This document shows, in pieces, positions 44,787 to 55,853 of a stretch of DNA of 64,000 bases. A program made the translations under genes and the position numbers. The DNA is from Pachysolen tannophilus NRRL Y-2460. Its lineage: Eukaryota. The notes under the pieces were generated by a model. That model had not been told where the DNA came from. It saw only the letters and a list, made by a program, of their open reading frames with translations, and made no database searches. Within the stretch, counting starts at the first letter, position 1. Each line of letters opens with the position of its first letter. The stretch lies in NCBI GenBank assembly GCA_001661245.1, contig KV454013.1, forward strand, positions 900,502-964,501, written 5' to 3'.

Positions 44787-46375
44787 GTAATAATAATAAT
44801 AATGCGAGTAACAGTAATGATAATGTAGATTATCAAGATCCTAAGAATTGGCCCAAATCTTTACACATGTTTATTAACAATTGTTTTACGAAAGTCAATA
44901 ATTTAAATTTTGGTCAAGATTTAAAAGATCAGTTTCAATTTCAATTAAAGACTTTGATAAATAAAGCTATTCTGGAAAAAAAATTGGTATTGAATGATTG
45001 GTCTAGGCAAAAGCTTCCAATATTAGATTATAGTTTTAAACAATTAGAGTTAATATATGATATTGATGAAAAATTGAAACTGGAAAAACACAAGAGTGGT
45101 TCATTACCTCCTCCTTCATTGTCATCATCTATAACTGGGTCTGTTGTGACGGCACAATCTTTGAAAAGTTTTACAATACCAAAGAAAAATACTATTAAAT
45201 CAGGTGTATTGAAAAGGTCAAATGATGAAGTTTTATCAAAATTAGATTCTTTTCAAGATCATTCTCATGAGAAAAAACCAAAAATATTATCTACTAACAA
45301 TAATAATTCTGATTCTATGATTAAAAAAAATAATGGGAAAGAATTAACTTTAGCTGATAGGAAAAGGAAAAGATTAGAAAGATTTTCAACTGAAATTAAC
45401 AATTTAAATACACCTTCACCTACTAATGATTCTATAATTCAAGAAGAAAATATTTATCAACCATTGATAGGGACTTGTAAAAATTTAGAAAAAAATTATC
45501 TTAGATTAACTTCTCAACCAATACCAGAATTAATAAGACCATTACCAATATTGAAAAAAACTTTAAAATTATTATATCATAAATATCAAGATGAAAAAGA
45601 TTATAATTATTTAAAAAATCAATTAAAATCTTTAAGACAAGATTTAACAGTTCAACATATTAAAAATAAATTTGCTATTAAAGTTTATGAATTTCATTCT
45701 AAAGTTGCCATTGAATTTAAAGATTTAGGAGAATTTAATCAATGTCAATCACAATTAAAAATGTTATATAAATTAAATCATTCAGATTCCATTAAAACTA
45801 CATGGCATGAAAATAGATATGAATATTTATCCTATAGAATATTATATTTTTTAATTACACTGGATTATTCAGAAATTTCTTTATTAAAATTTCAATTAAA
45901 AAAAAATGAAGCTCAAAGTTTTAAAAATGATTTTGTTTCATTTGCTTTTCAATTATTTGATTTTATAATTACAGATAATTATTATGAATTTTTTAAATTA
46001 ATAAATAATTTGAAAAAAATGGATACTAAAATTCCAAAAATTTCTAAAAAACAAGATGAAATTGATTTATTAAGTGTGAATTTATATCATTCAAAATTTT
46101 TTTATTTCCTCAAGATGATAAATGATTTTATTTATGGTAAAGAAATTATTAAAGTCTTTTACATCTTATCCAAGAGTTATAAAAAACTAATTTTAGAATT
46201 TATTAAAAATATAATTTTCGATAATGATGATCTCATATTTAAAGATTTTTTAAACAAAAATAAATTAATAGAATTCATCGATGGAGAATACTTTGACTTT
46301 AATAAAGCTAAATTTAAGATTCAAGATTTAAAAGATTCTACTTTCCAAAAAATAGATATTAAGGGGCAAATTTAA
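44669..46375 (+). CDS. THP3: SAC3/GANP-family protein Thp3 (LENG8-like)
   Basis: LEKNYLRLTSQP...IRP...QLKSLRQDLTVQHI...DLGEFNQCQSQL; C-terminal KIDIKGQI. First ATG is at 44669. Confidence 0.9.
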
Positions 46376-46540
46376 TTTAAAAACTATTTTGATTTTACTT
46401 TCTTTCTTTCTTTTTTTCTTTTTTTTTAAAAAAAAAAAGAAAGAAAAGAAAGAACTAAATATAATTAATTAACTTATACTATACTAGATACTAGTAATAA
46501 CAATGATGAAATAATTAAATATAAAAAATATACATTAAAT

Positions 46541-47317
46541 CTAATCGAATGTTGGTCCCAACCCAATCATTGAAAATTTATATTTATCTTCGTCATCTGC
46601 AATATCCATATAGTGTAAAATTTTATCTACAATTAATTTTTCATTAATAATATTTTTATCCTCTTGAGTCCCTGTTTCATTTATAGATTTTCCTAGTTTT
46701 AAAAAATTTCGCCTTCTTCCATCTAATTCATATAAATTTCCATTATTATAATTTTTCATAAAACAAATAAAATGCAAGTTGACATCATCATTAGCATCAG
46801 GGGTTATTGTTTGACCTTTATTTGAATAATCTTGATAAATACATTGATTTGAATTAAAAATTAAATTTTTAACCAAATTATCCCTTTGTTTAAAATCTTG
46901 AATTAAATTTTTTTTAAATAAATCAATTAATGAATTTAAATTAATTAAACTTGAAGGTAAATTTATTAAAACATGTAATAAAGCGAAAAATCCACATGCA
47001 TTTTTAGTCTTTTGTTCAAACCAATAACAATCATTTTTGGCATCTTTTTCATAAAGCGGCAGTGATAACTCTTTATCTTGAACTAATTTCTCCTCTTCAT
47101 ATTTTGAAGAAATTGGAAATAATAAAATAATAGAATAAATTGGTTGAGGTAATATTTGTAATAAATCTTGATCTGTTAATGAATAAATATCATAAAATGA
47201 AAGCAAAGGGGACAATCCAAGCTTATGAGCAAATTCCGTGAAAATCTCGGGATTAGATTCAAGAGGAACCACGGATGCTGGATATTCCTCCTCCTCATCT
47301 AAGACTTCTTTAGACAT
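46541..47317 (-). CDS. YUH1: Ubiquitin C-terminal hydrolase (UCH-L3 family)
   Basis: PLESNPEIF, Q..KNACG (catalytic Cys), LHFICF, LYELDGRR. Confidence 0.93.
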   Translation of the reverse strand: MSKEVLDEEEEYPASVVPLESNPEIFTEFAHKLGLSPLLSFYDIYSLTDQDLLQILPQPIYSIILLFPISSKYEEEKLVQDKELSLPLYEKDAKNDCYWFEQKTKNACGFFALLHVLINLPSSLINLNSLIDLFKKNLIQDFKQRDNLVKNLIFNSNQCIYQDYSNKGQTITPDANDDVNLHFICFMKNYNNGNLYELDGRRRNFLKLGKSINETGTQEDKNIINEKLIVDKILHYMDIADDEDKYKFSMIGLGPTFD

Positions 47318-48601
47318 TACTAAATCGATTAATTGAATTGTATCAGTTTATATCACATAAATCCCAATTCATTTATTACTTCTTTACTCCAATAAATACC
47401 ATATAATATATAGGGTAGTGTACTTAAACCTCATTGTCTTTCTTTTTCCGGAAACCCTTTTCTCCGTTCATTTCTCCAATAAGTTCTCCCGCTATCTTTG
47501 TTTTATTTTATTTTTCTTCCTTCCCACCAAGTCTCCTTCTCGGAGAAACTGTTTTATAAAAAATTACCTTCTCCGCCTTTCCACCTTTCCACCTTTCCGC
47601 TGCTTCTCCGCTTCTCTAGCTTCTCTAGCTTCTCTAGCCTCTGTAACCTCAGCCTCAATCAACCACATAAGTCCACTCATACTACTACTACAACAAAGAA
47701 AGAATTATCTATTTATTTATATCGATCTTGACTAATTGATAAAATTTAGCTAATTGAAAGTCTACACAAGTTTCGTTAAACCAATCGTAAGATTAAACGA
47801 TGCAAGATGAATTTTTTGAACAAGAAACAAAATTCAATAGTTTGAAAGATGAAAAGATGAAAACAAAAAATAATCAAAAAAAAATTTTTTTCTTTTTCTC
47901 TATATTTCTTCTAATGATTGATATTTAGCTATACTAGTCATTGAATCAAAACGAAATCTTGTGAGTTGAAAGTTGAAAATCAAAAAAATCTCTTATTTTA
48001 GCGCGTTCCTAAGTAAACTCCATAGTAACCAACATTCACGCATATACTACTGCATTAATAACAAAAAAAAAAGAATATGGAGTTACACAAAGTGAAAAAT
48101 TTCCCAAAAGGAAATAAATAAAAAGAAAATTTTTTTCGCCCTTCTTTCTTTGTTTTTTTTTCCCCTTGAGAAATCCTCCCATCCTCAACGGAGGATCCCC
48201 AAGTAAAAATTCTCCTCTAGTCTCCGCCTCGTCTTAAACCTTGTCTTTCTCTTTAACCTTGTACTCCTCGTAAAGGATAGAATCTGAAAAGATCTCAAAG
48301 CTTTCAATATTTCAAATTCAATTTCAAATTTAGCCAGTTATATTACTGTTAACCCACGCATGTTTCTTATTCAGTACCTGTGCTTGAACAAAACGGCAGA
48401 TCTGTAAAAGTACATTCATTCGTACATATATATAAATAAATATATATACATATACGTACAATATATCTTAATTTTAATAATTTCAACCCCTAGACTTCTC
48501 TCTCTTTGTTTTACAAAAAATTACAATTTTAAAATATTCAATTATAGTCCTCTCTAAACCCGAGCAGGAGAAAAGAGGTACGAAAGATTCACGGTTTCAC
48601 T

Positions 48602-48657
48602 TGGTCAATTTTTTTTAAATAAAATTATAAAAAAAATTGACCATTGACCATTGACCA
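48602..48657. repeat. 16-bp inverted repeat plus tandem TTGACCA x3
   Basis: TGGTCAATTTTTTTTA (48602-48617), 10-nt spacer, TAAAAAAAATTGACCA (48628-48643), then two more TTGACCA. Confidence 0.85.
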
Positions 48658-48998
48658 TTTTAAAACTATAAGCTGCATAATTATTATTTTTAGTATGTTT
48701 ATAGATGTAAATATTGTTACATGATGCATTACTTTAATTTTTAAACCAGTACATATTTATGAATATTAATTAGATTGATTATTCTGAAAGTAGAACCAAG
48801 ATAGATTTGTTTACTGTACTTTAATGTCATTTTTTTTATTAATATTATGCGTTATTTACTCTTTGGTAATTGAAAATCAACTAAAAATATTTTAATTTAA
48901 TTTTATCAGTTTATGTAAAAGTGAAAGGCGTTTGCAATTCACAATCAAAGAATATGATATTTAAAAATATTAATATATTCATATCCATATCCATATCC

Positions 48999-49037
<39 letters not shown>

Positions 49038-49123
49038 TGATAAATAATATTTATAAAGTAGTTAAATTTATAAGTTATTTATTTTTATTTATATTAATAA
49101 ATTATTTTTATTGTATAATTATT

Positions 49124-50923
49124 ATGTCTACTTTTTTCAAATTAAATAGTCGAAAAAAACCCAATAGTTTAAAAATATCAAATCCAATTTTATTTGATGA
49201 AGTTAAGACTCCAGATAATGTTGAAGCAATTCCAATAGATCAAGCTAAAATTGTATTAAAAAATAATAGTTCTCAAAGATCTTCAATATTAACTCCTTCA
49301 CCAGTTGAAAGTTTTAAAAAAAAATATGGATCAAATTCATCATCACAATTACAACCAGTTATATTAATTTCAAAATATAAATTTCAACTGTATAATTCTA
49401 GGGAATTAACTATAGATGCTAATGAACCATTAAAACTTATATCAAGACAAGGTGATGGTTGGTTATTAGTAACACCCATTGGTAGATTAGGTGTTCCAGG
49501 TTTAGTACCTCTGTCATATTGTAAACTGGTTAATTTTGAAAATAATTCAATTTTAGATGATGATTGGTTAATTAAAAATCAATATTCTTCTTCAATTAAT
49601 AATCAAGAAAATAATCAAATTCAAGAAAATACTCCAACTTCTCAAATGTCACAATATAATTATAATTATAATAAAAGTGAAAGTAATACTTCTGCAAATA
49701 GTGATAGGGATACTCTTTTACCTAATCCATTACCATCATCCCCTATTTCAAGTATAAAATCTTCATCACCTTCAATTTCAATTCAAAAAGATATGATTGA
49801 TAATTTAAATTTAATTTCTTCAATTTCTATAAATTCATTTTCATCACATAATGATAGATATTGGTATAAAATTGATTTTAAATTAAAAAATGGTAAAATG
49901 AATTTTTTATGTCGTTATTATCAAGATTTTTATAATTTACATTTATCTTTATTTGATCATTTTTCATCAATGAATAATTTTTTCTTTTTACAAAAATTAC
50001 CATCTTTACCAGAACCAATTCAAAGACCAAATTCTTCAAGACTTTTAAAAAGATGTTCAGATTTAAATGATTATATTCAAAATTTAATAGAAATTTTTAA
50101 AACTCATGAAATTGGTGATCACGCTGATGAAGCTGCAAATGATATCTTATTAGTATGGCTTTTACCTAAAAAGGATGATTTGGAATTATCAACATTAGAA
50201 TATTCTTCATTTTTATCAAAAGAAATGGTTACAAAACCTGAAGAATATTTTTCAGGAGAATTTACAAAACCTAGAAGTTTAGAAGTCGTCAATATTAAAT
50301 TATTATCACCAGCAAATTCTGCACAATCATCTCCAATTGATTCTCCTAAATTGAGCTTACCAAAAGTTGTAGATTCATGGTCAAGCAAAGAGGAAGATCA
50401 ACATCAAGTTAAACATCAAGTAGAAGAAGAAGAACAAGAAGAAGAAGAAGAAGAAAAAACAATTGTTGAGACAGAAAAGAAGGAAATTACAAAACAACAA
50501 AATGAAGATGATATATCTCCTGAGTCTTTCTCTCCAACACCGCCATTATTCCATAATAATCTGGCAAAACTAAATATCATAACCGAAAGAAGAAACCATC
50601 ATAGTCATCAAAATTCAAAATCAAATGAAAACTACCTATCGATAAATAATCCAGAAAAACCTAGTCCCACAATCAATAGTTACATCAAAGTTAAAGTTAT
50701 TAGTAATAATGGTAAAGATATCTTAGCAATGAGAATGTTCAAAGATTCAAGTATGACTGTATTGAAGTTATCAATTTCAAGCAGACTTCATATTTACGAT
50801 TATCTTTTAAGTTACAAAGACTTTAAAGACGGGTTTTTCAAACCTTTAAGAACTAATAAAGATTTACAAGAGGCGATATATCGAAATAAAATCGTTATAA
50901 AAGTGGATGAATTAGAAACGTAA
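49124..50923 (+). CDS. Bem1/Scd2-like scaffold with a single SH3, a PX and a PB1 domain
   Basis: SH3 YKFQ(A)...ELT...GWLLVTPIGRLGVPGLVP(A)SY; PX RYWY...LCRYYQDFYNLH...LPSLPEP; PB1 IKVKV...SYKD...DLQEA. First ATG is at 49124. Confidence 0.8.
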   Translation: MSTFFKLNSRKKPNSLKISNPILFDEVKTPDNVEAIPIDQAKIVLKNNSSQRSSILTPSPVESFKKKYGSNSSSQLQPVILISKYKFQLYNSRELTIDANEPLKLISRQGDGWLLVTPIGRLGVPGLVPLSYCKLVNFENNSILDDDWLIKNQYSSSINNQENNQIQENTPTSQMSQYNYNYNKSESNTSANSDRDTLLPNPLPSSPISSIKSSSPSISIQKDMIDNLNLISSISINSFSSHNDRYWYKIDFKLKNGKMNFLCRYYQDFYNLHLSLFDHFSSMNNFFFLQKLPSLPEPIQRPNSSRLLKRCSDLNDYIQNLIEIFKTHEIGDHADEAANDILLVWLLPKKDDLELSTLEYSSFLSKEMVTKPEEYFSGEFTKPRSLEVVNIKLLSPANSAQSSPIDSPKLSLPKVVDSWSSKEEDQHQVKHQVEEEEQEEEEEEKTIVETEKKEITKQQNEDDISPESFSPTPPLFHNNLAKLNIITERRNHHSHQNSKSNENYLSINNPEKPSPTINSYIKVKVISNNGKDILAMRMFKDSSMTVLKLSISSRLHIYDYLLSYKDFKDGFFKPLRTNKDLQEAIYRNKIVIKVDELET

Positions 50924-52396
50924 TAAAACGCCCAGAAAAACGGATTTTTCTTTCTTTTTTCATAATAATAATTAAATATATATAAAAAAAAAAAAAACTC
51001 ACTGACAAACTGTATTTGCGATAGATGTGTTAATTTGTTATAATTTTTCAATTCTTTTGATATTTTCTTTCTTAATTCACTTTTAATTCCTCGCTCGGCT
51101 ATAGATTTACGATACGACTACTTTTTATTAATTCTTCTTTATATGTAACAGTGTTTTTAGTTTCAATACATTGCAGCATATCATTATTGAATTTAGATCT
51201 GCTGATATAAATCCGATAGTAGAAATAAAAAGCTTTTCTTGACAACAATCTGTTGTTAAGCAAAGCTTTTTTTTTTGGCCCAAAACACGTTGTTTTATGT
51301 TATAGAAAAGCTTTTAAGACATGTTGAAAACTTTAACGTTTAGTTGAAAAATAAATAAATAATAAATCAAACATTCGTACATGTATCAAGCACTGATTTG
51401 CTGGAAACCCCATGACAACACATTCAAATCTCAACATTTTTTTCCAAATTAGTCTACAATTAGTGTTTCACTAGATAAGGCATTAAGAGGATGGATATAT
51501 AGATCTGCCGTTGGCATTCTGAACTGATAATCGAAACGCAAAAATTATAATCTTAAACTAGTCTTAAACTAGTTCAAGTTTTTTCCGTTTTGAAAAATCA
51601 TAAAACCGGTTTAATCATATGTACATTCATGCTTAGTGCAAATGCATGATCACAATAACAAAAACAAATACAAATAAAAAAATATGTCTCGTTGGTTGGT
51701 TGGTTAGTTGGTTAATTTCTCTGTTGTTGTTATTGTTGTTTTGTTGTTTTTGTTGTTGTTGTTGTTGACGCTAGATGTACCTCGTACATATAATATGTGC
51801 TGTAAATGCAAGCTTACATAATCGAGGCTCACAATGTTTTATTTCAAATGCTCCAATTTTTCTGAAAATTGGCATCTGTATATTGCCTCATTTACCAACC
51901 GTGTTAGGTAGGATATGGCTTGATATGGTTTCCCTGCTTGCTTGAATCGTTAAAAACGGTATGGAGAACATGTACTGTTGGGCACTAATTGTCAATAATG
52001 ATATCCAATGTACAAGTGTTTTGATTCAAATGGAAATTTCGAATTTTCACTTTCCTGTTGCTGATTGAATTTTTCACGCATTAAACTATAAACATCGGAA
52101 TTATATCAACGGAAAATTAATAGCTTAATCATAATATCAATGGCAGAATATTACATTAAAATGAACAGCTGTAGGAACTTCAGGTCCACTTTCAGGGCTG
52201 ACTTTCAACATTCAACATTTAACATTCTGACCTCTTGCCAAATGTGTCCTTATAAGAAATGAATTAGTTATTAAAATTGATAAAACATAATACAACAAAT
52301 TTCTAAAATTTGTAAATTAGATGGAAGTTAAAAAAAAAAATGTAACAAAATCAAAAAAAAATTTAAAAAAAATTTAAAAAAAATTGAAAATAAAAA

Positions 52397-52808
52397 NNNN
52401 NNNNNNNNNNNNNNNNNNNNNNNNNNNNNNNNNNNNNNNNNNNNNNNNNNNNNNNNNNNNNNNNNNNNNNNNNNNNNNNNNNNNNNNNNNNNNNNNNNNN
52501 NNNNNNNNNNNNNNNNNNNNNNNNNNNNNNNNNNNNNNNNNNNNNNNNNNNNNNNNNNNNNNNNNNNNNNNNNNNNNNNNNNNNNNNNNNNNNNNNNNNN
52601 NNNNNNNNNNNNNNNNNNNNNNNNNNNNNNNNNNNNNNNNNNNNNNNNNNNNNNNNNNNNNNNNNNNNNNNNNNNNNNNNNNNNNNNNNNNNNNNNNNNN
52701 NNNNNNNNNNNNNNNNNNNNNNNNNNNNNNNNNNNNNNNNNNNNNNNNNNNNNNNNNNNNNNNNNNNNNNNNNNNNNNNNNNNNNNNNNNNNNNNNNNNN
52801 NNNNNNNN
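52397..52808. other. Assembly gap (N run)
   Basis: Run of n followed by a long poly-A tract. Confidence 1.
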
Positions 52809-52860
<52 letters not shown>

Positions 52861-52871
52861 CCGCCAAATCA

Positions 52872-55502
52872 CTAACGTAAATTATCAGGATCAATTGTCA
52901 CTATCTTATTCACAGCAAGACTCTTGTATTCTTTTAAAATTGGTAAATTGTATTTCAACACACCCCGTACTATGAGGTCAAAAGGATATTGAGATAGTTT
53001 TACCCATTTTTTCTCTCCTCCCTTAGGGGGCTTCTTTGTCTTTCCCTTATTAATACCAAATCTATTATTAGGATCTTTAAAAGGAGGATTAGGTGGATGA
53101 TTCTCACTGCCAGTAGAAGTTGGATTTAGGTTTACCGTGGTAGTAGTAGTGGTGGTGGGTGATGTTGAAGTAGATGTCGCCGGACCATTATCGTCATCGT
53201 CATCGTCAGAACAGGGGTGTATTATTTTCACCTCACTAACAACCACAACTTTTTGCCTTGTGAAAAATCCGCCTTGAAATTTCAATGGAACTTCAAAATG
53301 CCGTATGTTACCCAATAATACGGTTTGTAACTGTCCATCATCTTGCTCTTGCATATCGATGACACCATTGCTAGCAAAACTATATCCCTCATCTTCCTCA
53401 GTTGAAATTTTATAATAATCTTCATCTTTTGCATGAGAACTTTTAGCAAAAATATCAAGTTCTACATCTTGAATTTCAATACTGAAAAACCCTGGATTGA
53501 AACCTTCAAACACTAAATTGAAAACAAATTCTTCCTCCGAAATAATAACATCTCTAACTTGTAGTATCCTAACTGCTTGTAAATCTTTTGTAGAAGCTAA
53601 TAAGAATCCAGAAATGAACCCTGACCCTAACAATAATAAAATTAAAATGAAGGTAATCATGAAATTTTTGAACTGTTTCAATTTTTGATTTTTGGAGTTT
53701 GGAAAATTATGAGGTGAAAAATATAAATCATTATTTCTTTTAAATTTTTTCAACCCACCACCTGTACCAGCTACACTGTAACTTCCATGATTTCCTAAAT
53801 AACTACTTGCGAAATCATTTCTTCCATCGTTTATACTACCATAAGCATTCTTACGACCTGACCTTAAACTTTTGAATTGATCATTATCAAACGGAATCTC
53901 TTCATTACCATTAGGATCATCAGTATTATTAATATTATTATTACGAACTTGATTGTTGAAATCGAATTCATCAAAATCATCATCATCAAAATCATCAAAA
54001 TCAATATTTTCAGGTAAAAATGAGTAACGCCTTGGTTGAGTTCCTTTTGAGTCAAATAATTTAGAAGTTATCGCTCTTAATGGTGGAATCTCATCAGAGG
54101 TATTACTATTAGTAACAGTATTATTCGTATTATTCAATTGCAGCTTCAGTTTCTGTTGATTTGCAGGTAGTGAATTATACTGTTTGTTTTTCAAATTATC
54201 ATTTCCTGTACCTGTATTTTTTGGAAATCTTTTTAAAGATTTATAATGATTCATACCATGTTTAACAAATCTTGGAGATCCATTTCCCTTGTTTGTATTT
54301 GACAATTGAGATCTCGAATCATATGTTGATGTTTCAAAATCATCATCCTCTATATCATTATCCGAATAATTAACACTTTTATCTATAGATAGATTATTAC
54401 CATGTCGGTTGTTCCCCATAACGTAATCAGTAGGTGCAGTGGCGGTATTACTTGATGCAGTACCATCTGCAATCAAATTAGAATTTTCCCCTACAACCCC
54501 AGTGTTGGGATTATTACAATCGACGCATATCCCATTATTATGATGAACATCCAACAAAGACTGTTGTTGTTCATTACTATTATCAGTATAAATGCTTGTT
54601 ATATTTGATGGCAGACCTTGAGCAACAACGCTATTTATAGAGCCATTTCTCAGATTAAATCTTGGTTTTCGTATACTTCCAGATTTATATAAAGTATTAG
54701 GGTTATTGTTGGCTTGTAACTGTGTCTGCATGGTTGGAGAAGATAAAGTATTCCCCGTTGAAGAAGGGTTATTAATAGAACCATTACTATTGGTACTATT
54801 TATAGTGTTATGCGGTTGCATTTGCAGCAGCTGTTGTAATTGCAGTTGCAGTTGCAGAAGTTGACTTTGCTGCTGGAGTTGAACTTGCTGAATCTGCTGG
54901 TTTGTACTGCTATTGTTATCATACACAAATGTTTCATTGCTGTCATCATCCACATTTTCCTTTACCGTATTATTCAATAATAATGAATGATTGTCTGTGG
55001 TTGAGTTGGTCATCACCGGATTACCACCTGCATTACCATTAATAATATTATTTGCTGCTATCGCCGCACTGCTGGGTATACCAATATTATTATTATTATT
55101 ACTGTTGCTGTTATTAATATTTTCATTTTCATTACTATTATTATTATTATTATTAATACTATTATTAGCATTATTATTATTATTGTTATTATTACTGCTA
55201 TTATTACCATTGCTACTATTATTAGTATTATTAACACCCATATTATTGTTATTTATTGGTAAGAGATTAGTCGATGGCGTAGCAACAGTTTCCGTCTCCA
55301 CTATCATCCTCGAAGTCTTACTCAACAAACTATTCTTATTATCAGAAGATGTCGTTTTTGTATAGGATGGTTTTATACTACTAGTATCCACCACTCCTTT
55401 GTTACTAGCATTATTACTAGAAACATCATTATTTTCCTCCAACCTTGCATGATCACTTATATTCTCTCCATTTCCACTATTCCGAAGATGGTTACTCGAC
55501 AT
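52872..55502 (-). CDS. VAC7: Vacuolar membrane Fab1 activator Vac7
   Basis: MIVETETV and NETFVY motifs, SPHNF before a single TM, then GFLLASTKDLQ...NPGFFSI.IQDV.LDIFAKS...TVLLG...PFDLIVRG. Confidence 0.88.
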   Translation of the reverse strand: MSSNHLRNSGNGENISDHARLEENNDVSSNNASNKGVVDTSSIKPSYTKTTSSDNKNSLLSKTSRMIVETETVATPSTNLLPINNNNMGVNNTNNSSNGNNSSNNNNNNNNANNSINNNNNNSNENENINNSNSNNNNNIGIPSSAAIAANNIINGNAGGNPVMTNSTTDNHSLLLNNTVKENVDDDSNETFVYDNNSSTNQQIQQVQLQQQSQLLQLQLQLQQLLQMQPHNTINSTNSNGSINNPSSTGNTLSSPTMQTQLQANNNPNTLYKSGSIRKPRFNLRNGSINSVVAQGLPSNITSIYTDNSNEQQQSLLDVHHNNGICVDCNNPNTGVVGENSNLIADGTASSNTATAPTDYVMGNNRHGNNLSIDKSVNYSDNDIEDDDFETSTYDSRSQLSNTNKGNGSPRFVKHGMNHYKSLKRFPKNTGTGNDNLKNKQYNSLPANQQKLKLQLNNTNNTVTNSNTSDEIPPLRAITSKLFDSKGTQPRRYSFLPENIDFDDFDDDDFDEFDFNNQVRNNNINNTDDPNGNEEIPFDNDQFKSLRSGRKNAYGSINDGRNDFASSYLGNHGSYSVAGTGGGLKKFKRNNDLYFSPHNFPNSKNQKLKQFKNFMITFILILLLLGSGFISGFLLASTKDLQAVRILQVRDVIISEEEFVFNLVFEGFNPGFFSIEIQDVELDIFAKSSHAKDEDYYKISTEEDEGYSFASNGVIDMQEQDDGQLQTVLLGNIRHFEVPLKFQGGFFTRQKVVVVSEVKIIHPCSDDDDDDNGPATSTSTSPTTTTTTTVNLNPTSTGSENHPPNPPFKDPNNRFGINKGKTKKPPKGGEKKWVKLSQYPFDLIVRGVLKYNLPILKEYKSLAVNKIVTIDPDNLR

Positions 55503-55853
55503 AATACTCAGATATCTACTTCTCTCCTAATCCATATACCCAGATATCCAGATATCTTCAATTTATTGATTCTAATCTCTTTGTTAAAAACATATATTAT
55601 ATATCTATATATATATATATATATAGTTACTAGATAGATTAGATTAAATTTATATGTTTTCTTTCTACCAAAAAAAATAAAAAAATCGATATGAGAAAGC
55701 AAGTTGCCTAATCCGGCTTTTGACATTTTTATGCACTACTTCCATTTTCTTTTTAAGATGGAAGATGGAGCAAAGTAGCAATTTGAAAGAGTTTGTTCAA
55801 CTAGTTTCAAGGAAGTTTGGATAAGTCTTGGATGACGAGTCTTGGTAAAGAAT

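Noticed and set aside
51322..51436. Solo LTR call based on TGTTGA...TCAACA
   Set aside because: Only 115 bp with no target-site duplication; kept only as a hint in the findings.
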